Source: Candidatus Latescibacterota bacterium
Lineage (GTDB): Bacteria; Latescibacterota; UBA2968
NCBI GenBank assembly: GCA_965116885.1
Contig: OZ220741.1
Span: 4,064,001-4,128,000, forward strand
Direction of reading: 5' to 3'
DNA length: 64,000 bases
A program made the position numbers and the translations under genes. Each line of letters starts with the position of its first letter. Within the stretch, counting starts at the first letter, position 1. Positions 1-9,668 of this stretch are shown here, piece by piece. Below the pieces are notes generated by a model. The model did no database searches. It saw only the letters and a list, made by a program, of their open reading frames with translations, and was not told where the DNA came from.

Positions 1-2
1 AT

Positions 3-371
3 CACTACGGTGGATTTACACTGGGTGCAGAGAGTTATAGGAAAGCGTATTTTAATCACCGCAATCAGCTCGTTATGTTGTTGAAAAACTTTTCCTTCTC
101 GCGGCTGTTGTATAAATTTCCGGTTCGCGTCGCTATGGAACTGGCAAATTTGGGTTTGTTGCTAAAGGGCAATTGGAAACATCCCGTTGCGGCAATAGCT
201 GGCCTTTTATGGGTGTTGCTGCATCCGTTCAATATCTTGCGGCGACGACGAGAATCACAGCGGTTCAGAAGTGTGGGAGATGGCGAGATTGAACGGCGTC
301 TTTTCAAGGGATCAGTAGTTTATCACTATTTTATTCGCGGTGTCAAAACGGTGCGTGAGATAGGAGCGTGA
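3..371 (+). CDS. GT2-family glycosyltransferase, C-terminal part (truncated by window start)
   Basis: Frame is open from position 3: HYGGFTLGAESYRKAYFNHRNQLVMLLKN, typical of the H..G.....RN..... tail of GT2 rhamnosyltransferase-like enzymes. Confidence 0.7.
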   Translation, partial: HYGGFTLGAESYRKAYFNHRNQLVMLLKNFSFSRLLYKFPVRVAMELANLGLLLKGNWKHPVAAIAGLLWVLLHPFNILRRRRESQRFRSVGDGEIERRLFKGSVVYHYFIRGVKTVREIGA

Positions 372-372
372 A

Positions 373-1551
373 ATGAAAGCAATTGGTCTCATGTCTGGAA
401 CTTCTGCCGATGGGGTGGATGCCGCGCTTGTGGAGATCGGAGAATCCGATATGTCTCTGCTCGGATATGTCGAGGTCCCTTTTCCCCAGGATGTCAGAAA
501 GGAGATTTTGTCGCTTTGCGAAGATGGGCGGGTCGATGCAATATGCCGTATGGATGCCGCGCTTGGAGAATGGTTTGCAGAGGCTGCATTGCGCGTATGC
601 GAGAAGGCCAATGTCAGCGCTGGAGAAATCGATGTTATTGGATCACACGGGCAGACGATTCACCATTTGCCCGCGCTTACCGTGGTTGCCGACAAAAAGG
701 TGAGATCAACGCTGCAAATTGGCAGTCCCGCGGTAATTGCAGAGCGCACGGGAATCGCGACGGTATCGGATTTTCGGTCGCGAGATATGGTCGTGGGAGG
801 ACAGGGAGCACCGCTTGTTCCGCTGGTGGATTATCTGTTGTTTCGGTCTGAATACACGGGTCGCGCGATGCTCAATATCGGCGGCATTGCCAATGTCAAT
901 ATATTGCCCGCAAACTGTGGCGTGTCAGACATTTTCGCATTTGATACGGGACCTGGCAATATGGTTATCGATGGGGTTGTGCAGGCGATTACGCGAGGCA
1001 AACTGAGTTTCGATCGAGATGGGGCGCTTGCGGGCAAAGGCCAGGTGTGTGAGGGGCTGTTGGATGTGCTTATGGCGCATCCTTTTTTTGATATGGAGCC
1101 ACCCAAGACAACGGGGCGCGAGGATTTTGGAACCGATATTGTCCAAAAAATTCTCGATTGGGAGGGAAAAGAGGAAGACCTCGTGCATACGGCAGTGCAG
1201 TTCACGGTGGAAAGCATTGTGCATGGGCTGAAACGATTTGTTTTGCCCAGATGTGAAATCCACGAAGTGATTGTAAGTGGGGGCGGAACCAAAAATCCGG
1301 TTATGATGGATCTTTTGGATCGGGCACTGGGAAATATCGCATTCAAGCGATTGGATGATCTGGGAATGGCATCAGAAGCAAAAGAAGCTATTGCATTTGC
1401 GATCCTTGCCTGTCAGACCTTGAATGGGCATCCGGGCAATGTGCCGAGTGTGACCGGTGCTGATAAACAGGTGGTGTTAGGCTCTATTACACCGGGCAAG
1501 AGGGGCGCCCGACCACCCCATCTTGAGTTGTCGGGAATATCATTGCATTGA
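373..1551 (+). CDS. anmK: Anhydro-N-acetylmuramic acid kinase
   Basis: GLMSGTSADGVD, GSHGQTI, DFRSRD, GGQGAPLVP, NIGGIAN, FDTGPGN, EAKEAIAFA motifs. Confidence 0.97.
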   Translation: MKAIGLMSGTSADGVDAALVEIGESDMSLLGYVEVPFPQDVRKEILSLCEDGRVDAICRMDAALGEWFAEAALRVCEKANVSAGEIDVIGSHGQTIHHLPALTVVADKKVRSTLQIGSPAVIAERTGIATVSDFRSRDMVVGGQGAPLVPLVDYLLFRSEYTGRAMLNIGGIANVNILPANCGVSDIFAFDTGPGNMVIDGVVQAITRGKLSFDRDGALAGKGQVCEGLLDVLMAHPFFDMEPPKTTGREDFGTDIVQKILDWEGKEEDLVHTAVQFTVESIVHGLKRFVLPRCEIHEVIVSGGGTKNPVMMDLLDRALGNIAFKRLDDLGMASEAKEAIAFAILACQTLNGHPGNVPSVTGADKQVVLGSITPGKRGARPPHLELSGISLH

Positions 1552-1634
1552 TGATACTGGCGTAGTTGTACACCGTTGCGTATATTTCTTTTTTACATTG
1601 TCGATTTGTATGCGGATGATCCGAGGAAAAGGCT

Positions 1635-2459
1635 ATGATGTTTGACATTTTACTCATTGCGACAGGAGGGGCATATATCGTTGGTGCGCTTGGCTATGCT
1701 TTGCATTTTCACCAGCCCAGAACACACTGGCGCAACCTGTGTACCTGGGGAATATGGGGAGCCTTGTCTCTGCACACTGTGCTTTTGGTCGTTATCACAA
1801 TTTCTGCTGGCGAGGTACCTTTGACCAGTCAGGTTTTGCCATCGCTGTGTGCGTGGCTGGTCGCGGTTGTTTATATTTATCTCGAAGTGAGTACGCGAGA
1901 TCGGTCTTTGGGCGTGCTCATTGTGCCTATTGTGGTGGTTTTGCACGTTTTGACGCTTACAAAATTGTTGGGTACTGAGGATATTCAGGTCACGGGATAT
2001 AGCGGTGGGTGGTTTGAACTGCATGTGCTGGCTTATGGCCTTGCCTACACGGCTTTTGCGATTTCCTGTGTTGGAGGTGTGATGTATCTGATGCTTTTCG
2101 GCGAAATCCAAGCCAAGCATTTTGGCTTTTTTTATTCCCGTCTGCCTTCACTCGAGGTGTTGAATCAGATCACTAACCGCGCTGCAACTTTTGGATTTGT
2201 ATTTTTGACGGGCGGGACTATTGCCAGTTCGGTGTGGGCACTTCAACATCTTTCGCAGTTTTCTATATGGCGCGAGCCGGTGTTTTTGCCCGTTTTGATT
2301 GCCTGGGTCATCTATGCGGGCAATCTCGCCGCACGGTGGTGGGCTGGCTGGCAGGGCAAACGAGCGGCTTTTCTGTCTATCATGGGTTTTGTCCTCGTAA
2401 TTCTGGCATTTCCCGTGGTGGGCGTTCTCTTTTCAGGTCCCCATAATTTAGGACCTTAA
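1635..2459 (+). CDS. CcsA/HemX-like cytochrome c assembly membrane protein
   Basis: About 8 TM segments, RLPSLEVL, W-rich 'WREP...AWVIY', GWQGKRAA; sits before hemA. Confidence 0.85.
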   Translation: MMFDILLIATGGAYIVGALGYALHFHQPRTHWRNLCTWGIWGALSLHTVLLVVITISAGEVPLTSQVLPSLCAWLVAVVYIYLEVSTRDRSLGVLIVPIVVVLHVLTLTKLLGTEDIQVTGYSGGWFELHVLAYGLAYTAFAISCVGGVMYLMLFGEIQAKHFGFFYSRLPSLEVLNQITNRAATFGFVFLTGGTIASSVWALQHLSQFSIWREPVFLPVLIAWVIYAGNLAARWWAGWQGKRAAFLSIMGFVLVILAFPVVGVLFSGPHNLGP

Positions 2460-2462
2460 GCC

Positions 2463-3092
2463 ATGCATTATCCCGTGTTTTTAAAATTAGAAGATAAATT
2501 GTGTGTTGTGGTTGGGGCGGGTCGCGTTGCCGAACGCAGAGTGCGCGGACTGTGCAATGCGAGTGCGAGGGTTCGAGTTGTGGGTATAACTGCGACTGAA
2601 GGCATTTTGAAATTGGCCGATGAAGGCGCAATACATTTGTGGCAAAGGGCATTTGAACCAGGCGATTTGGACGGCAGCGCGCTCGTGATTGCCGCGACTG
2701 ATCATGTAGATGTCAATCGGAAGGTACAGACGGCGGCGAAATGCCGAGGGATTTTGTTCTGCGGTGCGGATCGGCATACAGATAGCGATTTTATTGTGCC
2801 TGCGGTTGTGCGGCGTGGCGATTTACAGGTGGCGATTTCTACAGGGGGCAATAGTCCTGCTTATGCCGTGCTGTTGCGCCGGGAAATTGAGGCCTTTTTG
2901 GAAGATGGACACGCGGGCTTGCTGGATATGATGGCGGGTTTAAGGCACAGAGTTTATGAGCGATTCCCCGACGCACCAGACCGTCGGCAAGCGTTTTGGC
3001 AACAGTTGGTGACAGATGATACGCTTGCCCTCGCGCGTCAGGGCAAGTGGGTTGAAATTGAGGAGCGAATTGAAGCATGTCTCTCGTTGTAA
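2463..3092 (+). CDS. sirC: Precorrin-2 dehydrogenase/sirohydrochlorin ferrochelatase (CysG N-terminal/SirC-like)
   Basis: YPVFLKL, VVGAGRVAERR, DFIVPAVVRRGDLQVAISTGGNSP. Confidence 0.9.
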   Translation: MHYPVFLKLEDKLCVVVGAGRVAERRVRGLCNASARVRVVGITATEGILKLADEGAIHLWQRAFEPGDLDGSALVIAATDHVDVNRKVQTAAKCRGILFCGADRHTDSDFIVPAVVRRGDLQVAISTGGNSPAYAVLLRREIEAFLEDGHAGLLDMMAGLRHRVYERFPDAPDRRQAFWQQLVTDDTLALARQGKWVEIEERIEACLSL

Positions 3093-4375
3093 TTGGGCTG
3101 AGTTACCGCACGGCGCCAGTTGAAGTTCGAGATGGGGTCGCGGTATTGCCCCAGGCTCTTGATGCAGTTCTGCAATACTTTTCCAGCGTGCCCGAAATCG
3201 TAGAATGTGCGGTTTTATCGACGTGTAATCGCTCGGAAGTCTATTGTATTGCGACGGATATTAACGCTGCTCGTGCGGCAGTGATCAAGGGGTGGTGCGA
3301 GCAAAGTGGATTGGATGCCGACATACTGGGACAGCACACAGTTGTCTATCGCGATACGGAAGCTGTGCGCCACCTTTTCAGGGTCGCCTGTGGGTTGGAT
3401 TCTATGGTGATGGGTGAGCCACAAATTGCCGGTCAGGTGAAAGAGGCCGGGGCTGCCGCACTGTCTATGGGAACGAGCAAGACCGTGTTGAATCGCTTAT
3501 TTCGCGCTGCAACCGAGGTTTCAAAGCGGGCGCGTACAGAAACGGAGATTGCAACGGGTGCAGTTTCTATCAGTTTTGCAGCGGTGGAACTCGCAAAGAA
3601 AATTTTTGGCAATCTCGAAGGACATACGGCTCTGGTGCTCGGTGCTGGCGAGATGAGTGAATTGACGGCGCGGCACCTCGCCGACAATGGGGTGAAGTCT
3701 TTGCTGGTGACGAGTCGCACATTAGCGCGGGCACAAGATTTGGCAATGCGCGTGGGGGGGCGCGCCATTTCCTGGGACGATGGGGTAGGCAATTTGCACG
3801 GCGCAGATGTTGTTATCAGTTCTACGAGCGCAGAGACTTATGTTCTGGAACGCCCCCATGTGGCAGCGGCGATGCAAAAGCGCAATAATCGCTCGATGTT
3901 TTTGATCGATATTGCCATGCCGCGCGATATCGATCCGGCAGTTGGCGATCTGTACAATGTGTTTTTATACGATCTGGACGATCTGGAGTCCGTTGTCGGT
4001 GCGAATTTGGAGAAGCGGAAAATTGAAGCAGATAAAGTCAGCACAATTACAGAAGAAGAGGTGGAGAACTTCTCTGCATGGATAAACTCCCTGGCGGTTG
4101 TTCCTGCAATTGTGGCTCTGCGTGGACATTTTCAATCTTTTATGGATTCGGAACTCGCACAAGCCAAGCTCAGTGAATTTTCAGATGAGCAACGCGCTCA
4201 AGTTGCCAATTTGATGCGTCGATTTATGAATAAGGTGCTGCACAAGCCGGTGACGCGCCTTAGAGAGGCTGGCGAGGAAGAAGATGGTGGGGCTTATGTG
4301 GCGGCACTTTCCTATTTGTTTGATCTGGTGGTTGAGGGAGATCCAGAAAAAGAGATTAAAGAGGTGCGCGGATAA
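3077..4375 (+). CDS. hemA: Glutamyl-tRNA reductase
   Basis: LSTCNRSE, GLDSMVMGEPQI, GAGEM, IDIAMPRDI. Confidence 0.98.
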   Translation: MSLVVIGLSYRTAPVEVRDGVAVLPQALDAVLQYFSSVPEIVECAVLSTCNRSEVYCIATDINAARAAVIKGWCEQSGLDADILGQHTVVYRDTEAVRHLFRVACGLDSMVMGEPQIAGQVKEAGAAALSMGTSKTVLNRLFRAATEVSKRARTETEIATGAVSISFAAVELAKKIFGNLEGHTALVLGAGEMSELTARHLADNGVKSLLVTSRTLARAQDLAMRVGGRAISWDDGVGNLHGADVVISSTSAETYVLERPHVAAAMQKRNNRSMFLIDIAMPRDIDPAVGDLYNVFLYDLDDLESVVGANLEKRKIEADKVSTITEEEVENFSAWINSLAVVPAIVALRGHFQSFMDSELAQAKLSEFSDEQRAQVANLMRRFMNKVLHKPVTRLREAGEEEDGGAYVAALSYLFDLVVEGDPEKEIKEVRG

Positions 4376-5304
4376 TGAAGGTGGTTATTGGCAGTCGGGG
4401 CAGTGCGCTGGCTTTGTGGCAGGCCAATTGGGCAAAGAGAAAACTGGCGAGCGTATATCCCGATCTGAACATTGAGATTGAGGTGATCAAAACGGAGGGA
4501 GACCGCCTGTCGGAAACGCCTCTGTCTCATATTGGTGGCAAAGAGGTGTGGACAAAGGAAATCGAGCACGCGCTGCTGTCGGGCAGTATTGATCTGGCGG
4601 TTCACAGTTTGAAAGATTTGCCGACCAGGTTGCCACAGGGATTGGTTTTGGGCGCAGTGAGTGTGCGCGAAGATGTGCGAGATGTGCTGGTCAGCAAAAA
4701 TAATCGTATGTTTTTGGATTTGCCAGAAGGCGCGACGGTTGCAACGAGCAGTTTGCGGAGGCAGGCGCAGTTGAAACACGTGCGACCGGATTTGAATTTT
4801 GTGGCGATTCGGGGGAATGTGGATACGCGCGTCAAAAAGCTCGAAACGGAAAATTTGGATGGTATTATTTTAGCCGCAGCGGGTTTGAAGCGGTTGGGAT
4901 TGGGAGATCACATTGCGGAATTTATCGATCCGGATATCTGTTTGCCAGCGCCAGGGCAGGCCGCGCTGGGGATAGAAATGCGAGAAGGGGATGAGCGGAT
5001 TACAGATCTCGTCGGTGTTTTGAATTGCGTTGAAACGCAGCAAGCCGTTACGGCAGAGCGCGCGATGCTGGCGGCATTGGGCGGAGACTGTAGTGTTCCT
5101 ATTGGTGGATACGCAGCCGTTGATAAGGCTGAAGTTCTGTTGCTATCGGGCGTTGTTGCCACCCCCGATGGACGTCAGGTAATATCGGAGAGGATAGAAG
5201 GACAGGCATCATCTGCCGAGCAGTTGGGCGAGCGCGTTGCGAAGGGGTTGCTTGAGCAAGGTGCGGGGGAGATTTTGGATTGGGATGGGGGGATGAACTT
5301 CTGA
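4375..5304 (+). CDS. hemC: Hydroxymethylbilane synthase
   Basis: GSRGSALALWQ, AVHSLKDLP, SSLRR, IRGNVDTR, GDCSVPIG. Confidence 0.98.
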   Translation: MKVVIGSRGSALALWQANWAKRKLASVYPDLNIEIEVIKTEGDRLSETPLSHIGGKEVWTKEIEHALLSGSIDLAVHSLKDLPTRLPQGLVLGAVSVREDVRDVLVSKNNRMFLDLPEGATVATSSLRRQAQLKHVRPDLNFVAIRGNVDTRVKKLETENLDGIILAAAGLKRLGLGDHIAEFIDPDICLPAPGQAALGIEMREGDERITDLVGVLNCVETQQAVTAERAMLAALGGDCSVPIGGYAAVDKAEVLLLSGVVATPDGRQVISERIEGQASSAEQLGERVAKGLLEQGAGEILDWDGGMNF

Positions 5305-5513
5305 GAGGGTGACAAATGATGGGTGATGAGGAGACATTGTGCTTATTTTTAGAGTTGGTATCACAGGATGAGAAAATCATAATATGGGTTATTTCAACAA
5401 CCATTGCCCCGGCAACATGACCGTAGGACATCGCTTTATAGGTTCTATATATATTGACAACGTATTGAAGGTAGGAGAAATGAAATCAAGTCTTGGAAGG
5501 AGATGATGAAGTT

Positions 5514-7349
5514 ATGAATCAAGACAGTTCACAGAAAAAGAACGAGATAAAGGTCTTAAAATCGCAACCAATTATAGAGCGTTGGGAACTTTATAATTTT
5601 CAATCAATTAAGGATTTTGAAACACTTGATTTGGCACCGCTGACCATTTTTTCTGGTCCCAATAGTTCAGGAAAAAGTGCCGTTATCAAATCTCTTTTGA
5701 TGGTGGCTCAATCTCTTAGTTCCTCAGCTCAGGAAGTGCCTTTGGTCTTAAACGGAAAATATACTCAGTTGGGGGACTTTGATCATATCCTTCATCACGG
5801 AAGCGATCCACCTAAAATTGAACTTAGTTTTGTTCTTAAACGCCAAACGGAGAATATTGATGTCTCGGTAAAAATTGAAAAAAGCCCGGATTCGTTGACA
5901 TCAATGCGTGTGGTAGAGCATACCATCAATTCTTGGAAAGATGAAGAAGATAGTGAAACTGGGACTATTAAAGAACACTTCAAGTTGCAATACAGCCCTG
6001 TTAAATTGCAAGAAGACGAAAAACAAGAGGCCAGCCAAATCCTGCAAGAACAAATCAATCAAGGATTATTCAACTACGAGATTATCAAGCCAAGGGGTAT
6101 AGAATCTCACCCTCAATATGAGAAAACAGTATCTGCTTCTCTCTCAAATTTTCTGCCGGGTAGGCAATTGATACGAGTCAACTCAGAAATCCGTAATATA
6201 ACTGAAGAGTTTGAACAGGCGAGAGAAGGGATTCTCTCTATAGTTGGCCTGAGGCCTTCTATCCCCGTTGATTGGGACAGAGAGTTAAGTACAGTAACTC
6301 AAGTAATTTTTAAGAGTATTCGTATGCCTCAACAGGATTATAATTATAGCAGAATCGTAGAATTCATAGCGGACTCAAAAATTCCTTGGACAATTAGTAC
6401 GCTTAAAGAGTACATAGAAAAAAATCTAGGACGAAGCCGAATACAAGATTTGGCTCGTCGCATGAGTGGAACTTTAGTAGAATTACAGGATAATATGAAC
6501 AAGTTCTCTCATCAACCAACCGAACTTGAAGTTGGGGAATTTCCATCTCAGTATAGCGAAATTATACAACAGATTAGGCGAGTTTTTAGAAGTCAAATAT
6601 TCTACTTGGGTCCGTTGCGCGATGACCCAAGAACCATCTATGCTATACCGCCTCTACCTAACCAACGAGATGCGGGGATAAAAGGTGAGTATACGGCTGC
6701 TATGCTTGAAGTACACAAGGATCTTATGATAGAGTACCCACTCCCCCCCTCATTGGAGAAATTTAATGGGGAATATAAGCTGGCGCGTGGTAAATTAGGC
6801 GATGCTGTTCAAGTATGGTTGGAGCGTATGGGCCTCGCAAAAAGTTTCAAACCGGCCATGATCTCTAAAGTCGGCTATCAGTTAGCAGTACGTCCAGAGG
6901 GAGTAAAGCAAGACTTAGATTTGATGAGTTTGGGTGTTGGGGTTAGTCAGGTGCTACCCTCGATTGTTATGGCTCTGCTTGCACCAGAAGATTCTGTTTT
7001 AATATTTGAACAGCCCGAAGTTCACCTACACCCTAAGGTTCAATCTGTTCTTGGAGATTTCTTTCTCGGAATCGTCGGATGCGGAAAGCAGTGTATCGTA
7101 GAAACACACAGTGAGCATTTAATCAACAGAATAAGGCGTCGTATTGCGGAATCAAAAGACGAAGAAATTTTGCAACAACTTCAAATTTATTTTGTTGAAC
7201 TGAAAAATGGAGTATCACAGTTTCGTTCTGTTGAACCGAATGAATTTGGCGCGATCTTGGAGTGGCCGTCTGATTTCTTCGATGAAGTTGAAAAAGAATC
7301 CAGTGCAATTATAAGAGCTGCTATGGAAAAGCGATTGGGAACTCGCTGA
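5514..7349 (+). CDS. ABC/AAA_15-21-type ATPase with DUF3696-like C-terminus
   Basis: Walker A GPNSSGKS, YLGPLR, signature LGVGVSQVLP, EQPEVHLHP, VETHSEH, C-terminal WPSDFFD. The ATG at 5514 follows GGAAGGAG. AT-rich. Confidence 0.9.
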   Translation: MNQDSSQKKNEIKVLKSQPIIERWELYNFQSIKDFETLDLAPLTIFSGPNSSGKSAVIKSLLMVAQSLSSSAQEVPLVLNGKYTQLGDFDHILHHGSDPPKIELSFVLKRQTENIDVSVKIEKSPDSLTSMRVVEHTINSWKDEEDSETGTIKEHFKLQYSPVKLQEDEKQEASQILQEQINQGLFNYEIIKPRGIESHPQYEKTVSASLSNFLPGRQLIRVNSEIRNITEEFEQAREGILSIVGLRPSIPVDWDRELSTVTQVIFKSIRMPQQDYNYSRIVEFIADSKIPWTISTLKEYIEKNLGRSRIQDLARRMSGTLVELQDNMNKFSHQPTELEVGEFPSQYSEIIQQIRRVFRSQIFYLGPLRDDPRTIYAIPPLPNQRDAGIKGEYTAAMLEVHKDLMIEYPLPPSLEKFNGEYKLARGKLGDAVQVWLERMGLAKSFKPAMISKVGYQLAVRPEGVKQDLDLMSLGVGVSQVLPSIVMALLAPEDSVLIFEQPEVHLHPKVQSVLGDFFLGIVGCGKQCIVETHSEHLINRIRRRIAESKDEEILQQLQIYFVELKNGVSQFRSVEPNEFGAILEWPSDFFDEVEKESSAIIRAAMEKRLGTR

Positions 7350-7379
7350 GAAAAATGACAGCAAAAACGGGAGAGATAT

Positions 7380-8438
7380 ATGTACTTCTTGGTTGATCCA
7401 ATGGTATTATGTTTGCCTGAACCAACAGCTACACCTAATCAGATTGAATATTTTTTTCAGTATCTTAATAATTGGAGCGAGTTTATTCGAAAAGGGCAAG
7501 ATAACAAGTTTTATATGACTGAAGAATGCTGTCAGGTTTCAGCTTCAAAATTTCCATATCCAGAATCAATACGAGGTTATTTACAAAACGTCAGAGGCAC
7601 TTTAGATGCCAATACAGTATCTAGTGCTTGTAGTCGTATTTTACAGAATTTTCCTAGTTGGCCCTTCTTGGAAGAAGAAGTAGGTTTACCAAAATCGTTA
7701 GTTGATTCCTTAGTTGATTCCGATACAATGTGTTTAGACCCTGACTTAATTAGACGCACTCCCTCGGAAATCGCAAAGCCCCTTCAAGAATCCTTTGGCT
7801 ATGTCGCCTACGCTAAGAAAATAGCCAACCATGATATTGCATCAGCCCTATACTTCCTTACTTATCCTATAAATGGTAGTAATAAGATTGAAATAGGAGT
7901 CACCGTATTAATAGAAGAAGGAGTGCATGAGGTTAAAACTGGTTTACATGAGGTTGAAACCGATTTACCCATAGTAGAGTCACCAGAGGATCTGCTTAAG
8001 CATAAAAGCTTAATAGATATTTGGGAAAATACTGAGCAAGCTATAGAGTGGGCAAAAGGCGAAATGAATATAAATAAAGGATCATCTCCCTACACAGCAG
8101 GGCCAGGATTTAATCAATCTATAGAGAATTGCCAGTTTTCCACTCACTCTAACCGTTTGGAACAGTGTTTTAAGAAAATAGCCCGATTACTATCAGGAGA
8201 ACAGATACACAGTTATGAACTGAGAACTGGCAAAGGACCAAATAATCCACAACAGGAGACAAAAGTGGATGGTGAAACTTGGAAGGCCTGCCGGTTACGG
8301 ATAACAGAAGGGCGCGGGTCTGCGTACCGCTTGCACTATTGGGAAAATGATAACAAGTATATTTTTTCGGATATAGTTAATAAGAATAATTTCAACATCA
8401 GCCCAATAAATCAAGAGATAGTATCACAAATTAATTAA
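7380..8438 (+). CDS. Uncharacterised ATPase partner; possible RelE-like C-terminal RNase domain
   Basis: 352-aa ORF 30 bp after the ATPase, with RBS GGGAG. C-terminus reads ELRTGKG...RLRIT...YRLHYW. Function is inferred. Confidence 0.6.
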   Translation: MYFLVDPMVLCLPEPTATPNQIEYFFQYLNNWSEFIRKGQDNKFYMTEECCQVSASKFPYPESIRGYLQNVRGTLDANTVSSACSRILQNFPSWPFLEEEVGLPKSLVDSLVDSDTMCLDPDLIRRTPSEIAKPLQESFGYVAYAKKIANHDIASALYFLTYPINGSNKIEIGVTVLIEEGVHEVKTGLHEVETDLPIVESPEDLLKHKSLIDIWENTEQAIEWAKGEMNINKGSSPYTAGPGFNQSIENCQFSTHSNRLEQCFKKIARLLSGEQIHSYELRTGKGPNNPQQETKVDGETWKACRLRITEGRGSAYRLHYWENDNKYIFSDIVNKNNFNISPINQEIVSQIN

Positions 8439-8570
8439 TATTCCGCAGCTTGGCTCGCACAGGAGACTGGCAATTTCCAGAAGGTTTTCGAGCACCTACC
8501 ACGCTTACGAGTAGATACATCAATCACAGGCTTAAAACTCAAGTCCAAACACTCCATCAAAACGGGGTAA

Positions 8571-8681
8571 ATTCAAATCGCTGTGGCAGAGGGTAAGGAG
8601 GGTGCCCGAGACAAGCTTTATCGGGTTGAGAAAGAGATGGAACTTTCTGACATACAAGAAGCTGAGAATCGAGCAAAATAA
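8571..8681 (+). pseudogene. Possible remnant of a Sel1-repeat protein C-terminus
   Basis: Start-less frame IQIAVAEGKEGARDKLYRVEKEMELSDIQEAENRAK* resembles the capping helix of Sel1 proteins. Confidence 0.3.
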
Positions 8682-8755
8682 ATCTAAGGATAATCTTCCG
8701 CACCATTGACGTGAGGAAAGACATCTTATGAGGTTCATAGAGGAGGATTTCTACT

Positions 8756-9082
8756 ATGGGAAAAACGCTTGGAAATCTGGAAAAACGTTTAGATCAATTG
8801 GAGAAGGCAGTGAAAGATACGAATGTACAACTCTCATGGGTCGTTGACGAGTTATTGTCCGAAGCCCCTGAGAATTTCAAAACAGGGATAGAGGTTATGG
8901 CCTATTACAGGAAGGATAAAAAAGAGGGAGCTAAAATTTTTCGTGAAGTGCTTGAAAAGATGGGAATTGCCGATGTAGAACCAATTCCTATTGAGCAACT
9001 TCAAGCACGTATGGTACGTAACGGTATCCGTCCAGAAGATAACGAGTTTAGTCGTGCTATTATCGCAGAACGCGAGAAATAG
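8756..9082 (+). CDS. Putative antitoxin
   Basis: 108 aa, RBS GAGGAGG, directly upstream of a PIN gene, C-terminal 'FSRAIIAERE' typical of VapB-like tails. Confidence 0.7.
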   Translation: MGKTLGNLEKRLDQLEKAVKDTNVQLSWVVDELLSEAPENFKTGIEVMAYYRKDKKEGAKIFREVLEKMGIADVEPIPIEQLQARMVRNGIRPEDNEFSRAIIAEREK

Positions 9083-9084
9083 GT

Positions 9085-9609
9085 ATGCATCATTTCTATT
9101 TTGATGCCAGTGCTCTTGTCAAGCGTTACACCCAGGAGACAGGGAGTGATAAAGTCAATTTCCTTTTTGATAACATTCCTTTAGATCGTTTGATGTGCTC
9201 TGTTCTCGGTGCTGTGGAAGTGTTTTGGGTCTTTGTCAGAAAAAAGAACGACAAACGAATTATGGTGCCGGATTTCGCTCAGGCAGTCGTCCATTTGAAC
9301 CGTGAGGTTATCGCAGAGGATTCAGATTTTACTGCTATTCTCATCCATAAGTCAGTCATTTGGGCCTCGATGGATTTGATTGAAACTCATTCGCTCAATA
9401 GTGTTGATAGCATTGTATTGCGTTCAGCATTAGAGGTCGCAACACTCCTTCGCAAAGCGGGCGATGAACTGGTACTTGTCGCATCTGACCAACGCCTGCT
9501 TCGAGCGGCACAGGCTGAAGGGATATTGGTTTTTAATCCTGAAATCGACTCGCAAGAGGCTTTGGAAGTTTGGGTTTTCGACACTTCAGGAAGGGACGAT
9601 GACTGCTGA
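9085..9609 (+). CDS. vapC: PIN-domain VapC-family toxin
   Basis: FYFDASALVKRY..E.GS, LNSVDSI, VASDQRL. Confidence 0.9.
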   Translation: MHHFYFDASALVKRYTQETGSDKVNFLFDNIPLDRLMCSVLGAVEVFWVFVRKKNDKRIMVPDFAQAVVHLNREVIAEDSDFTAILIHKSVIWASMDLIETHSLNSVDSIVLRSALEVATLLRKAGDELVLVASDQRLLRAAQAEGILVFNPEIDSQEALEVWVFDTSGRDDDC

Positions 9610-9645
9610 TTGCTGAGAGCCATTCATGCAAACTGGATGTGTATA
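9600..9645 (+). repeat. 46-bp imperfect direct repeat, copy 1 (duplicate of the cobA-hemD 5' end)
   Basis: tgactgctgattgctgagagccattcATGcaaactggatgtgtata; 41/46 identical to 18584-18629. Confidence 0.9.
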
Positions 9646-9668
9646 GAACTCCTCTACAGGAGGGTGTG

